Below are positions 30,719 to 38,484 of a stretch of 64,000 bases of DNA, in pieces. The position numbers and the translations under genes were made by a program. The DNA is from an uncultured Chloroflexia bacterium. GTDB taxonomy: Bacteria > Chloroflexota > Limnocylindria > Limnocylindrales > CSP1-4. Below the pieces are notes generated by a model. That model did not search any database and was not told the DNA's origin. It saw only the letters and a program-made list of their open reading frames with translations. The first letter of the stretch is position 1. Every line of letters starts with the position of its first letter. The stretch is from assembly GCA_963828165.1 (NCBI GenBank), contig CAWHDR010000001.1, positions 416,001 to 480,000 on the forward strand. Reading direction: 5' to 3'.

Positions 30719-31720
30719 TTGGAAGGCGTCACGTTCGCGCTCGTCGTGGTCATCGTCCTCGCGGTGGCCTTCGACTACATCAACGGATTCCATGACACCG
30801 CGAACGCCATCGCGACGTCGGTGGCGACCCGGGCCCTGAGCCCGCGCCATGCGATCCTCATGGCTGCGTCGTTCAACTTCGTCGGCGCGTTCGCCGGGAC
30901 GGCCGTGGCCAAGACCATCGGCAGCGGCCTGGTCGACGAGGCCACCACGACGCAGTCCGTGGTCGCCGCAGCCCTCGTCGGGGCGATCACGTGGAACCTG
31001 ATCACCTGGTACAGGGGCCTGCCGAGCTCGAGCTCGCATGCCTTGATCGGCGGCCTGCTCGGGGCGACCATCTTTGCGGCCGGGACCGGCGCGTTCAAGA
31101 TCGACGGGATCACCAGCAAGGTGCTGATCCCGATGGTGGTTTCGCCATTCCTCGGCTTCACGATCGCCTTCACGTTGATGCTGGCGCTGTACTGGCTCTT
31201 CCGGAACGCGAAACGGAAGCCCATGGCGCGGATCTTCCGAAGGCTGCAGCTGCTCTCGGCGGGCTACATGGCCTTCAGCCATGGCTCGAACGACGCGCAG
31301 AAGACGATGGGCATCATCACGCTCGCTCTGTTCTCGGCGGGCGTCATCCCGACGAACGACGTTCCGCTGTGGGTGATCGTCGTCGCGGCGACCGCCATGT
31401 CGCTCGGGACGGCCGTGGGCGGCTGGCGGATCATGCGAACGATGGGCCAGCGGGTGGCCGAGCTGGAGCCGGTCCACGGCTTCGCGGCCGAGACCACGGC
31501 TGCGACGATCCTCCTCGGGACCGCCCAGCTCGGGATGCCGGTCTCCACGACGCACATCATCTCCAGCGCCATCATGGGCGTCGGCTCGGCGCGCGGACCG
31601 AAGGGTGTTCGGTGGGGCGTCGCCCGGCGGATCCTGCTGGCCTGGATCATCACCATCCCGGCCGCGGGCACCGTCGCCGCGCTGTCGTGGTTCGTCCTGC
31701 ATACCATCGGCTTCGGCTGA
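30719..31720 (+). CDS. pit: PiT family inorganic phosphate transporter
   Basis: NGFHDTANAIAT, PSSSSHALIGG, HGSNDAQK, PVSTTH; GGAGG RBS with TTG start. Confidence 0.96.
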   Translation: MEGVTFALVVVIVLAVAFDYINGFHDTANAIATSVATRALSPRHAILMAASFNFVGAFAGTAVAKTIGSGLVDEATTTQSVVAAALVGAITWNLITWYRGLPSSSSHALIGGLLGATIFAAGTGAFKIDGITSKVLIPMVVSPFLGFTIAFTLMLALYWLFRNAKRKPMARIFRRLQLLSAGYMAFSHGSNDAQKTMGIITLALFSAGVIPTNDVPLWVIVVAATAMSLGTAVGGWRIMRTMGQRVAELEPVHGFAAETTAATILLGTAQLGMPVSTTHIISSAIMGVGSARGPKGVRWGVARRILLAWIITIPAAGTVAALSWFVLHTIGFG

Positions 31721-31734
31721 ATGAGGAGACACCG

Positions 31735-32352
31735 ATGACGTTCCGCCTGCTCCCCAAGGACGTGCGCTTCTTCGACCTGTTCGTCGCGGCCGGCGAGAAC
31801 CTGCACGCGGCGGCGACCCGTCTCCACGAGATGGTGACGAGCTACGAGAACCTCAACGAGCACGTGGTCGAGATCCAGCGGCTCGAGAAGGCCGGTGACG
31901 GGATCGACCGCGAGATCAACCAGCGGCTCGAAGATGCCTTCATCACGCCCTTCGACCGTGAGGACATCCACGAGCTGACCGTCCAGCTCGACGACGTCGT
32001 CGACGGCATCCAGGCCGTGGCCGAGACGCTGGTCATCTACGACATCGTGCAGCCGACCGAGGAGGCACGCGAGCTCACCCGGATCCTGGCGGATCAGTCG
32101 GTGGAGCTGCTCGCGGCGCTGCGCAAGCTCGATGGGCTCAAGGACGTGGATGCCCACCTCGTGCTGGTCCATGACCTCGAGCATGAGGCCGACGGCCTGT
32201 CGCGGGCGGCGATCGGGCGGCTGTTTCGCGATGGGTCGGCGCCGATCGACGTCATCAAGTGGCGCGACCTGTATCGCGAGCTCGAGAACTCGATCGATGC
32301 AGCCGAGGATGCCGCCGAGGCGATCGAGCGGATGTTCCACAAGGCGACCTGA
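31735..32352 (+). CDS. DUF47/PhoU-like Pit accessory protein
   Basis: FITPFDREDI, LEHEAD, IKWRD; directly follows pit. Confidence 0.93.
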   Translation: MTFRLLPKDVRFFDLFVAAGENLHAAATRLHEMVTSYENLNEHVVEIQRLEKAGDGIDREINQRLEDAFITPFDREDIHELTVQLDDVVDGIQAVAETLVIYDIVQPTEEARELTRILADQSVELLAALRKLDGLKDVDAHLVLVHDLEHEADGLSRAAIGRLFRDGSAPIDVIKWRDLYRELENSIDAAEDAAEAIERMFHKAT

Positions 32353-32382
32353 AGGACCGTCAGGCAGCCATCCCGGATCCGC

Positions 32383-33078
32383 CTAGGACGGACGCCGGAA
32401 GACGTAGCCCACGCCGCGAACCGTGTGGATGAACACCGGATTGCCGGGATCCTCCTCGATCTGGCTGCGCAGCCAGTGCACGTGCACATCGACCGTGCGT
32501 GTCTCGCCGGCGTAGTCGTAGCCCCAGACCTTCTCGAGCAGCTGGTCGCGGGTGAAGACCTGGCCCGGATTACGGAGCAGGAACGCGAGCAGCTCGAACG
32601 CCTTGGGCTTGATCGGCAGGGTCACGCCGTCGCGCAGGAGTCGATGGCCGCCGAGATCCGCCTGCACGCGGCCCAGGTCGACGATCGTCGGCGGCGACCC
32701 GACCGCGAGCGCGGCTTCCGAACGCCGGAAGAGGGCTCGGATCCGCGCCGTCAGTTCGCGCAGCGAGAACGGTTTCGTGACGTAGTCGTCCGCGCCGAGC
32801 TCCAGCCCGACCACCTTGTCGAGCTCCGAATCCTTCGCGGTGAGCATCACGATCGGGGTGCCTGACTCCGCGCGGATGATCCGCATCACCTCGATCCCGG
32901 AGAGCTCGGGCAGCATGAGATCGAGCAGGACGAGGTCCGGGCGCTCCCCCCGGAACTGCGTCAGGGCCTCGCGCCCGTCCCCTGCGGCAACGACTCGGAA
33001 TCCGTCCGACTCGAGCGCTTCGACCAGCGTCTCGCGCAGCGTCGGTTCGTCTTCGACGACCAGGATCGTTCGTGCCAT
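32383..33078 (-). CDS. OmpR/PhoB-family response regulator (PhoP/RegX3-like)
   Basis: LLDLMLP, GADDYVTKPFS, RTVDVHV, TVRGVGY; Pho context. Confidence 0.93.
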   Translation of the reverse strand: MARTILVVEDEPTLRETLVEALESDGFRVVAAGDGREALTQFRGERPDLVLLDLMLPELSGIEVMRIIRAESGTPIVMLTAKDSELDKVVGLELGADDYVTKPFSLRELTARIRALFRRSEAALAVGSPPTIVDLGRVQADLGGHRLLRDGVTLPIKPKAFELLAFLLRNPGQVFTRDQLLEKVWGYDYAGETRTVDVHVHWLRSQIEEDPGNPVFIHTVRGVGYVFRRPS

Positions 33079-33095
33079 CCACCGCTGAGCATAGC

Positions 33096-33149
33096 CGGGC
33101 GTGTTAACTCGGGCGTGTTAACGACTTGTTCATGCGTTGTCAAGCGTTG
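33096..33149. promoter_or_regulatory. PHO-box-like array upstream of the response regulator
   Basis: GTTAA (33117), GTTCA (33128), GTCAA (33139) at 11-bp period; CGGGCGTGTTAAC duplicated at 33096 and 33110. Confidence 0.6.
33119..33130 (+). repeat. Putative attL core
   Basis: TAACGACTTGTT; 11/12 identical to 39471-39482, first 8 bp exact. Confidence 0.7.
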
Positions 33150-33550
33150 CACACAATCTGGGGAGAGCGTGGTAGCGCCTGCATTTAGCAGGGTCTCAAC
33201 AGGGCGATACTCGGATTAGGTGTTAACGTGGGTTCGGTGGACTAGTAGGCCTAATAGGCCTACGTAGTACATGAGGTGGCCATCGTGCGCACGGCATACT
33301 GCGGGGGGTATGCGTGGATCGCCTTGCGTAGAAGACGCCCCCGCTACTCTGGCAGATGTCAGTCAACCGGAATAGCAAAGGCGTCTCCTATGACTCTACA
33401 ACGACCGGCGGTCCAACGCCATGCCATGTTTGAGATCCACGTCATCGCCCCGCCAGGTCGCTATCGCGATCCTGGCTGTCGCCATTTGGCTTCGCCGCCG
33501 GGACGGGGCTAGGGCTCTACTTTTTGGCGCAGTTATGGGGTGTAAAACGA

Positions 33551-33671
33551 ATGCCGAACATCGTCTACCAGTGCCGCAAATGCGGAATGAGCATCGACGC
33601 TGACGAACGAGCGTCCTGGTGCGAAAAGATGTCGGGATCAGGACCGGCGGCAGCATCGACATCAACGCTAA
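33551..33671 (+). CDS. Putative ~39-aa zinc-ribbon protein (needs 1-bp correction)
   Basis: MPNIVYQCRKCG...WCE; removing one A from 33624-33627 gives CERC and a stop at 33669-33671. Confidence 0.35.
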
Positions 33672-34013
33672 TCGACAGGATGAGGAAGTCGCCCACAAGG
33701 GCCATGAGGGCTATGGACGGCGCGGGGATATCGCGTTGTCAGCGAGGGGCCTCTGCGGGAAATCGTGCCCTAGGTCTGCGCCGAAGGGCTCGTAGGGTGA
33801 TTGGACTCGTCGGCCGTTTCGCGGGCCTCTTCCGTCGATATTTCACGCTAGGGCACGGCTCACTTAGGCCCCCTGATTTCGGAGACTGTCGGTGCCGCGA
33901 TAAGGGCGGATTTGGGGGGTACTTTTGTGCGGGGCGTGGTCCGCTCGGGCGGCCGGGTTGCCCTCCGCTATGTCCTCAGAGATAAGGCCCGATTTCGCGG
34001 ACTGTCGCCCTAA

Positions 34014-34106
34014 CTAGAACAGCGGCGGGACGGCAGCATCGCAGGTCAGAAAAAGCAAGAGAACGATGGCCGCTACCAGGACGACGGTCGCCGGCCGGAC
34101 CCTCAT
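34014..34106 (-). CDS. 30-aa single-TM peptide
   Basis: Hand translation MRVRPATVVLVAAIVLLLFLTCDAAVPPLF; starts 3 bp after the previous stop. Confidence 0.55.
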   Translation of the reverse strand: MRVRPATVVLVAAIVLLLFLTCDAAVPPLF

Positions 34107-34109
34107 CGG

Positions 34110-34229
34110 TCAGAGCCCCGGCGGCGGGGCCGCCTGATGCACGGGCTGCGTCAGCCACAGGATCACGAACAGGACGATCCAGAACGCGATCACCGACGCG
34201 ACGACGGCTACCAGTGCCCTCGATTTCAT
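34110..34229 (-). CDS. 39-aa single-TM peptide
   Basis: Hand translation MKSRALVAVVASVIAFWIVLFVILWLTQPVHQAAPPPGL; TGATG coupling to the upstream ORF. Confidence 0.65.
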   Translation of the reverse strand: MKSRALVAVVASVIAFWIVLFVILWLTQPVHQAAPPPGL

Positions 34230-34501
34230 CAGCCCACCTTAGCCGCCTGCCATCGCTCGAGCGTGGCCGCCACCACGGAGACGATGCGGCAGCGGTAGTC
34301 CTGCATCACAAGGTCGATATCGGCGGGCACGAGCCGGGCGACGATCTCCGCCTCTAGCTCAATGATCTCGGCATCGTTGTCCACGATGCCGCCCAGCACT
34401 TCGGCCAGGGACGCATCCTCGAGCGCATCGGTGTAGAGCATGTCGAAACCTACTAGCGGCGCGATGTGACGGTGCGCCTCTCGTGTAGCCTCCGAGGGCA
34501 T
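34229..34501 (-). CDS. Acidic hypothetical protein (90 aa)
   Basis: GGGAGG RBS; MPSEATREAHRH...; coupled to the downstream peptide. Confidence 0.65.
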   Translation of the reverse strand: MPSEATREAHRHIAPLVGFDMLYTDALEDASLAEVLGGIVDNDAEIIELEAEIVARLVPADIDLVMQDYRCRIVSVVAATLERWQAAKVG

Positions 34502-34571
34502 GATGATGCCCTCCCGTCTCCCGAGGAAACAAGAGGGCAAAAGGTACGGCGTGTCGATACGTGCTGGGCGG

Positions 34572-35810
34572 CTACTCCAGGACGCCGGAGCGCGGCGTGT
34601 TGCGGGGGTCAAAGGGCTTCGGCGGCTTGGGCGGCCTGAGCAAGGCGCCGGCCTTCGCCGCTTCCGCTGCGGCCTGACCCGCCGCTACGCCTGCGGCCGT
34701 CGCTGCGGCCGCTGCGCCTGACACGGTTCCCACCACTGAGGCAGGCGATAGCGTCGCCGGCGGGCTCGACGGCGCCGGGATGCTAGGGCTCGGAGGAGGC
34801 GACGCGGGTGGTCGCGCGAAGAGGCCGGGGACGGTCCCCATCTTCGGCAGTTCCGGCGGACCGGCTTCCTTGCTGGCCGGCGACTTGCCGGCGAACAGCT
34901 CCTGCGTGACTTGTCGGATCGAGTCCATCCCGTCGAGGATGCTGGAGCGGAGGTCGCCACCACCGCCTTGCGTGGTCGCCTCCTGTACTCCCACTCCCAG
35001 ACGGGATAGCCCGCCTTCGTCCTTTCGGTAGTCGAGGCGCCTGCGCCGCTCTGCGGCCTCCAGGCGCTGGCGGTACTCCTCCACTCGCGTCGGGCCGAGC
35101 GTTCTCACCGTGCCGTCCGCCACGAGGGCGAGTAGGTCGTCGGGGGAGATCGGCGTATCGAGCATCAACGGATCAGCGGAGCCGGCGTTGATGGCGCCCT
35201 GATCCACAAGGGCCGCGTTGGCGATGGGTCGGATGGAGGCGTTGCCCTTCTCGTCGGTGAGGCGATCGACCAAAAGCGAGAACACCGCCAGCCCGTCGAT
35301 GACGCCAGCAAGCGGGTCCATCTTCCAGGGGTTCGTCTCGGTGAAGAACATCTGGCGCGTTGCCGGGTCGATGACGCCATAGCGGGTTTGTCCGGTCGCG
35401 GGGTTACGGAACACGTAGCCGGCCGCTTCGCCGGGGGCGATCGCGGGCGAACCGTTATCAAGGCCAGCCCGAAGGGTGGCCGCGTCGATATCGCTCGGTG
35501 AGATGGCGCGGTACTCCTCGCCGGGAATGACGAGGGCGGCAGCCCTGACGGGCTCGCCCTTCAGGTACACCACGCGACGCTCGCCGTTCACGACGCTGAT
35601 GGAGGGCTGTAGCGAGTCGTCGAGCCCTAGGCCGCCCGCAGGCCACTGGATGACCTCGAGGGGGCCGCCGACCTCTTTCTGGCCGTAGTAGGCCCGTCCA
35701 GAGGTCAGGGCCTCCAAGTCGGCCCTTAGTTGCGTCGCGCCGGCCGCCGAGTTTGCAGCGTCAGCCGTGACGACGCCTTCCCCGGTATTCGGAGGTGGCC
35801 TCCCGAACAA
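34572..35810 (-). CDS. Large orphan protein with Pro/Ala-rich C-terminus
   Basis: 412-codon ORF co-oriented with the other element genes; start uncertain. Confidence 0.7.
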   Translation of the reverse strand: MFGRPPPNTGEGVVTADAANSAAGATQLRADLEALTSGRAYYGQKEVGGPLEVIQWPAGGLGLDDSLQPSISVVNGERRVVYLKGEPVRAAALVIPGEEYRAISPSDIDAATLRAGLDNGSPAIAPGEAAGYVFRNPATGQTRYGVIDPATRQMFFTETNPWKMDPLAGVIDGLAVFSLLVDRLTDEKGNASIRPIANAALVDQGAINAGSADPLMLDTPISPDDLLALVADGTVRTLGPTRVEEYRQRLEAAERRRRLDYRKDEGGLSRLGVGVQEATTQGGGGDLRSSILDGMDSIRQVTQELFAGKSPASKEAGPPELPKMGTVPGLFARPPASPPPSPSIPAPSSPPATLSPASVVGTVSGAAAAATAAGVAAGQAAAEAAKAGALLRPPKPPKPFDPRNTPRSGVLE

Positions 35811-36027
35811 ACTCCCGCCGCTCGGCCGCCTCTATCAAGAGAAGGATGCAGTGGTGCTAACTAACGGGATCAGGGGCCATGTTGCCTAGCACTTCCGTGC
35901 ACAGATGACGGCCGCTCGGGGCTCGATAGCCCCTGATAATCGGCCGCTATCGGTGCCTGTTCGCCTGCCCTGTCTAGGGCCAGGCTCACGCGTTACGTGC
36001 GCGATCGCGTCTGCGTGCGCGTAGGAC

Positions 36028-36135
36028 TCAGCCCTGCGTCTGGATCGCGGCGAGAGCTTGGTACGCCAAGAACCACAGCACGACGATGGCGAGGGCCAGG
36101 ACGATGATGATGACCGTAGGCCTTCGCCCGATCAT
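36028..36135 (-). CDS. 35-aa single-TM peptide
   Basis: Hand translation MIGRRPTVIIIVLALAIVVLWFLAYQALAAIQTQG; GGAG RBS. Confidence 0.65.
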   Translation of the reverse strand: MIGRRPTVIIIVLALAIVVLWFLAYQALAAIQTQG

Positions 36136-36146
36136 GTGGTGCTCCG

Positions 36147-36242
36147 TCAGGTAAGCAGGAGGATCAGTGCCACGAGGGCCAGGACGCCCAGCACGCCCAG
36201 CACCGAGACGATGACGATGACGGTGGCAGTTCGACCGCTCAT
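36147..36242 (-). CDS. 31-aa single-TM peptide
   Basis: Hand translation MSGRTATVIVIVSVLGVLGVLALVALILLLT. Confidence 0.6.
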   Translation of the reverse strand: MSGRTATVIVIVSVLGVLGVLALVALILLLT

Positions 36243-36291
36243 CGACAGACTCTAACGCCTCGGTGTAGCAGCTCGCGCCACGTTGCGCGGC

Positions 36292-36447
36292 TTACGAGGT
36301 CGCATCGGGCGCCTTCCTTACCACGACTATCGGAGAGGTCAGCCATTCGGTGTGGCGATGCCATCGGCAAGCGCCTCGTGTCAGCCTGTGGACTGGCCGC
36401 AGCTCGTTGCAGATGACACATCGACGCAGGGCTTGACGCTTACGCAT
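36292..36447 (-). CDS. 51-aa putative zinc-finger protein
   Basis: Hand translation MRKRQALRRCVICNELRPVHRLTRGACRWH... (CxxC...CxxH); TGATG coupling to rep. Confidence 0.55.
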   Translation of the reverse strand: MRKRQALRRCVICNELRPVHRLTRGACRWHRHTEWLTSPIVVVRKAPDATS

Positions 36448-37160
36448 CAGAACGGAAGATCCTCAGACGAGGGACACGTCGGGAAATGGAATGCGCCACC
36501 CTCCAGGTCGGCTGCCCGCTCGCCGATGATCGGCTCGCCACAGTTGCTACACGTCGGAGGGAGCGGAGCGGCGGTAGCCGCGGTAGCGACCGTCTCCACC
36601 CTCATCGACGAGTCTGAAGTTCGCGAAGCGAACGAAACTATCTCGCTCTCTCGCTCGCTCTGTTGCTCGCTCTCTCTCTCGCTCTCTATGTGTCCCGGTT
36701 CGTGCGTGATTTCCGCAGATATTCCGGGGCTTTCCGGGGTTGCGCCCGGAGGTGCGAGTCGCTTTCGCTCTCGATCCTTGGCTCTCCGGCGCTCCGACAC
36801 GAGTTGCCGCAGCAGTTCGTCCTGCTTCCGCTCCTCGGCCGGCGCCATCGGGTTCCACATCCGCCACTGTGGGATGACCAGCGTGCCGTTGCGGTTCACC
36901 CTGACGAGATCCGACGCGATCAGGTCCTCCAGGTAGACGGAGTACTCGCGGAGGGCCGCTTCCAGGTATTCGCGGCCAAGCCACACGCCGCGCACGCGCT
37001 CGAGGAATGCGGCGATGAGGGCGTACACGAAGGCGACACGTGCGCTGTCGCTCGGCAGTCCGAGCCACTTCGGATTGTCCCGCAGAAACACGTACAGGCG
37101 GAGCCAATCGGTCGTCTTGTCGGGGCGCTCTCGCGGCGGGCTCTCGGTCGGTTCAGTCAT
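36447..37160 (-). CDS. Putative phage-type replication initiator (replisome organiser-like)
   Basis: WLRL...DNPK...IPQWRMWNP...R.KDRERKR layout, low-complexity linker with internal DNA repeats, C-terminal CxxC...HxxxC. Confidence 0.6.
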   Translation of the reverse strand: MTEPTESPPRERPDKTTDWLRLYVFLRDNPKWLGLPSDSARVAFVYALIAAFLERVRGVWLGREYLEAALREYSVYLEDLIASDLVRVNRNGTLVIPQWRMWNPMAPAEERKQDELLRQLVSERRRAKDRERKRLAPPGATPESPGISAEITHEPGHIESERESEQQSERESEIVSFASRTSDSSMRVETVATAATAAPLPPTCSNCGEPIIGERAADLEGGAFHFPTCPSSEDLPF

Positions 37161-37170
37161 GGGCGGTTCG

Positions 37171-37222
37171 TCCTGTATGCGAGGGGTAGGCTCCGCTCGC
37201 CCGCATACGACGAGCGGAGCCT
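37171..37222 (-). promoter_or_regulatory. Predicted RNA hairpin/pseudoknot in the rep leader
   Basis: Perfect 12-bp stem; loop GTATGCG is complementary to CGCATAC next to the AGGA SD. Confidence 0.55.
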
Positions 37223-37341
37223 GTTTCGCCGGCGGAGGCTACAAATCCGCACGCCGACGTGGAACGCGCAGCGGATCAGCCAACGGGCAGGGGTACGGGG
37301 ACCGGGAGTAGCTTCGGCCCCTCGCACTCACTTCCAGAAAA

Positions 37342-37896
37342 CTATGCAACGAACGTCGGCCGCCACAGTTCGCGGCGGCCTTCTTTCGGGTCCCCGAGGT
37401 CGAACAGGTCCCCGAGGTCGTTGATGTCGAGGAGCCGGCCCACGTTCGCTTGATCTCGACTCACGGTGGATTGCCTGACGCGGAGAACGGCGGCAATCTG
37501 TCCCTGCGAGCCGTAGGGAGTGGCGAGCCAGGCGGCCGTCTGACGCTCGCCCGCACCTAGCGATTGCACGAGGTGCGCCCGCCAGAGGAACCCGATCATC
37601 GGCGCGTAGTCGTAGGTGCCGTCGTCGGGCTCGTCGGAGACAACCCGGACGATGCTGTCATCTGGCGTCTCAGCGATGGCCGACAGGGGTATGGCCGGGT
37701 CGTCCAGCTCCGAGTACGTGATGCCGATCCCACCGAGGTAGGCGCGCATCGACTGGGGAAAGAGTCGAGCCGCCTTGATGTAGTTCAGGTTGCGCTCGTC
37801 GCAGGCCAGGCACTCGCCGGAGGTGGGCGGGACCTTGCAGTCCGCGGTCGGGCAGACATGGCAGCGATGGCGGAGATCCCGACCGATGCGGGTCAT
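37342..37896 (-). CDS. Zinc-binding + C-terminal HTH putative regulator
   Basis: CHVC...C...CLAC at the N-terminus; SQGQIAAVLRVRQSTVSRD HTH. Confidence 0.65.
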   Translation of the reverse strand: MTRIGRDLRHRCHVCPTADCKVPPTSGECLACDERNLNYIKAARLFPQSMRAYLGGIGITYSELDDPAIPLSAIAETPDDSIVRVVSDEPDDGTYDYAPMIGFLWRAHLVQSLGAGERQTAAWLATPYGSQGQIAAVLRVRQSTVSRDQANVGRLLDINDLGDLFDLGDPKEGRRELWRPTFVA

Positions 37897-38168
37897 GCCG
37901 ACTTCCGCGACTGCGCCGACTTTGCCGCCAAGCGGGCGAAGTGCGCCCGTCTCAGGAACTCAGCACGGCGGGCGCGCTCGAGCTCGGAGAGGTCAGGAGG
38001 GAGGATCGTGGGCGGGCATACCGCGCACTCGTGGCCGACGAGAAAGGATCTCCGATACGCGTCTCTGGCGGGCGGCGTGATGGCCGTGCCGCCGTACCGT
38101 GCGGCCGTGGTGAGGCCGCCCAGGCGGCCACGTGCCGCCATGCTGGACGATTGGCGCTCGGGCGCCAC
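37893..38168 (-). CDS. Small basic hypothetical protein
   Basis: ERARRAEFLRRAHFARLAAKSAQSR; ATGA overlap with the next ORF; start uncertain. Confidence 0.65.
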   Translation of the reverse strand: MAPERQSSSMAARGRLGGLTTAARYGGTAITPPARDAYRRSFLVGHECAVCPPTILPPDLSELERARRAEFLRRAHFARLAAKSAQSRKSA

Positions 38169-38484
38169 TAGTGGGCCAGGGCGGGTACCGATGAGCCTGC
38201 GGCGGCAACAGGGTTGGGGCGTGCGCCCATGGGCGTTTCTCCGGTTCGGGATGCGGGGTCACAGGGCTAAATGGTAGCCCGCTCGTATGCCCAGGGCGGC
38301 CGATTTCGGGCCGCTCGTGATGATCGGCTTGATACGCATTGCGACACAGGATGTCGAACCGGTTATCCACGACCGCCCGATGGATTAGGGTGGAACTCGT
38401 GGGTTCCGAAAGCCGCCCGATCCATCGGGCGCTTGTAGTAGTAGGCGTCGAGGAAGTAGGCAGCATGGCCCAGCCGCCAAGGGC

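Noticed and set aside
33186-33204. YARCAGGG repeats (also at 39425) as integrase arm sites
   Set aside because: Too short and degenerate, and the integrase shows no N-terminal arm-binding domain.
33080-33420. tRNA or tmRNA as the integration target
   Set aside because: No cloverleaf or T-loop plus CCA found at either end of the element.
38363-38371. DnaA-box-like TTATCCACG
   Set aside because: Single 8/9 match with no cluster or AT-rich unwinding region.
38374-38431. Hammerhead ribozyme (GAAA beside stems)
   Set aside because: The CUGANGA core is absent on both strands.
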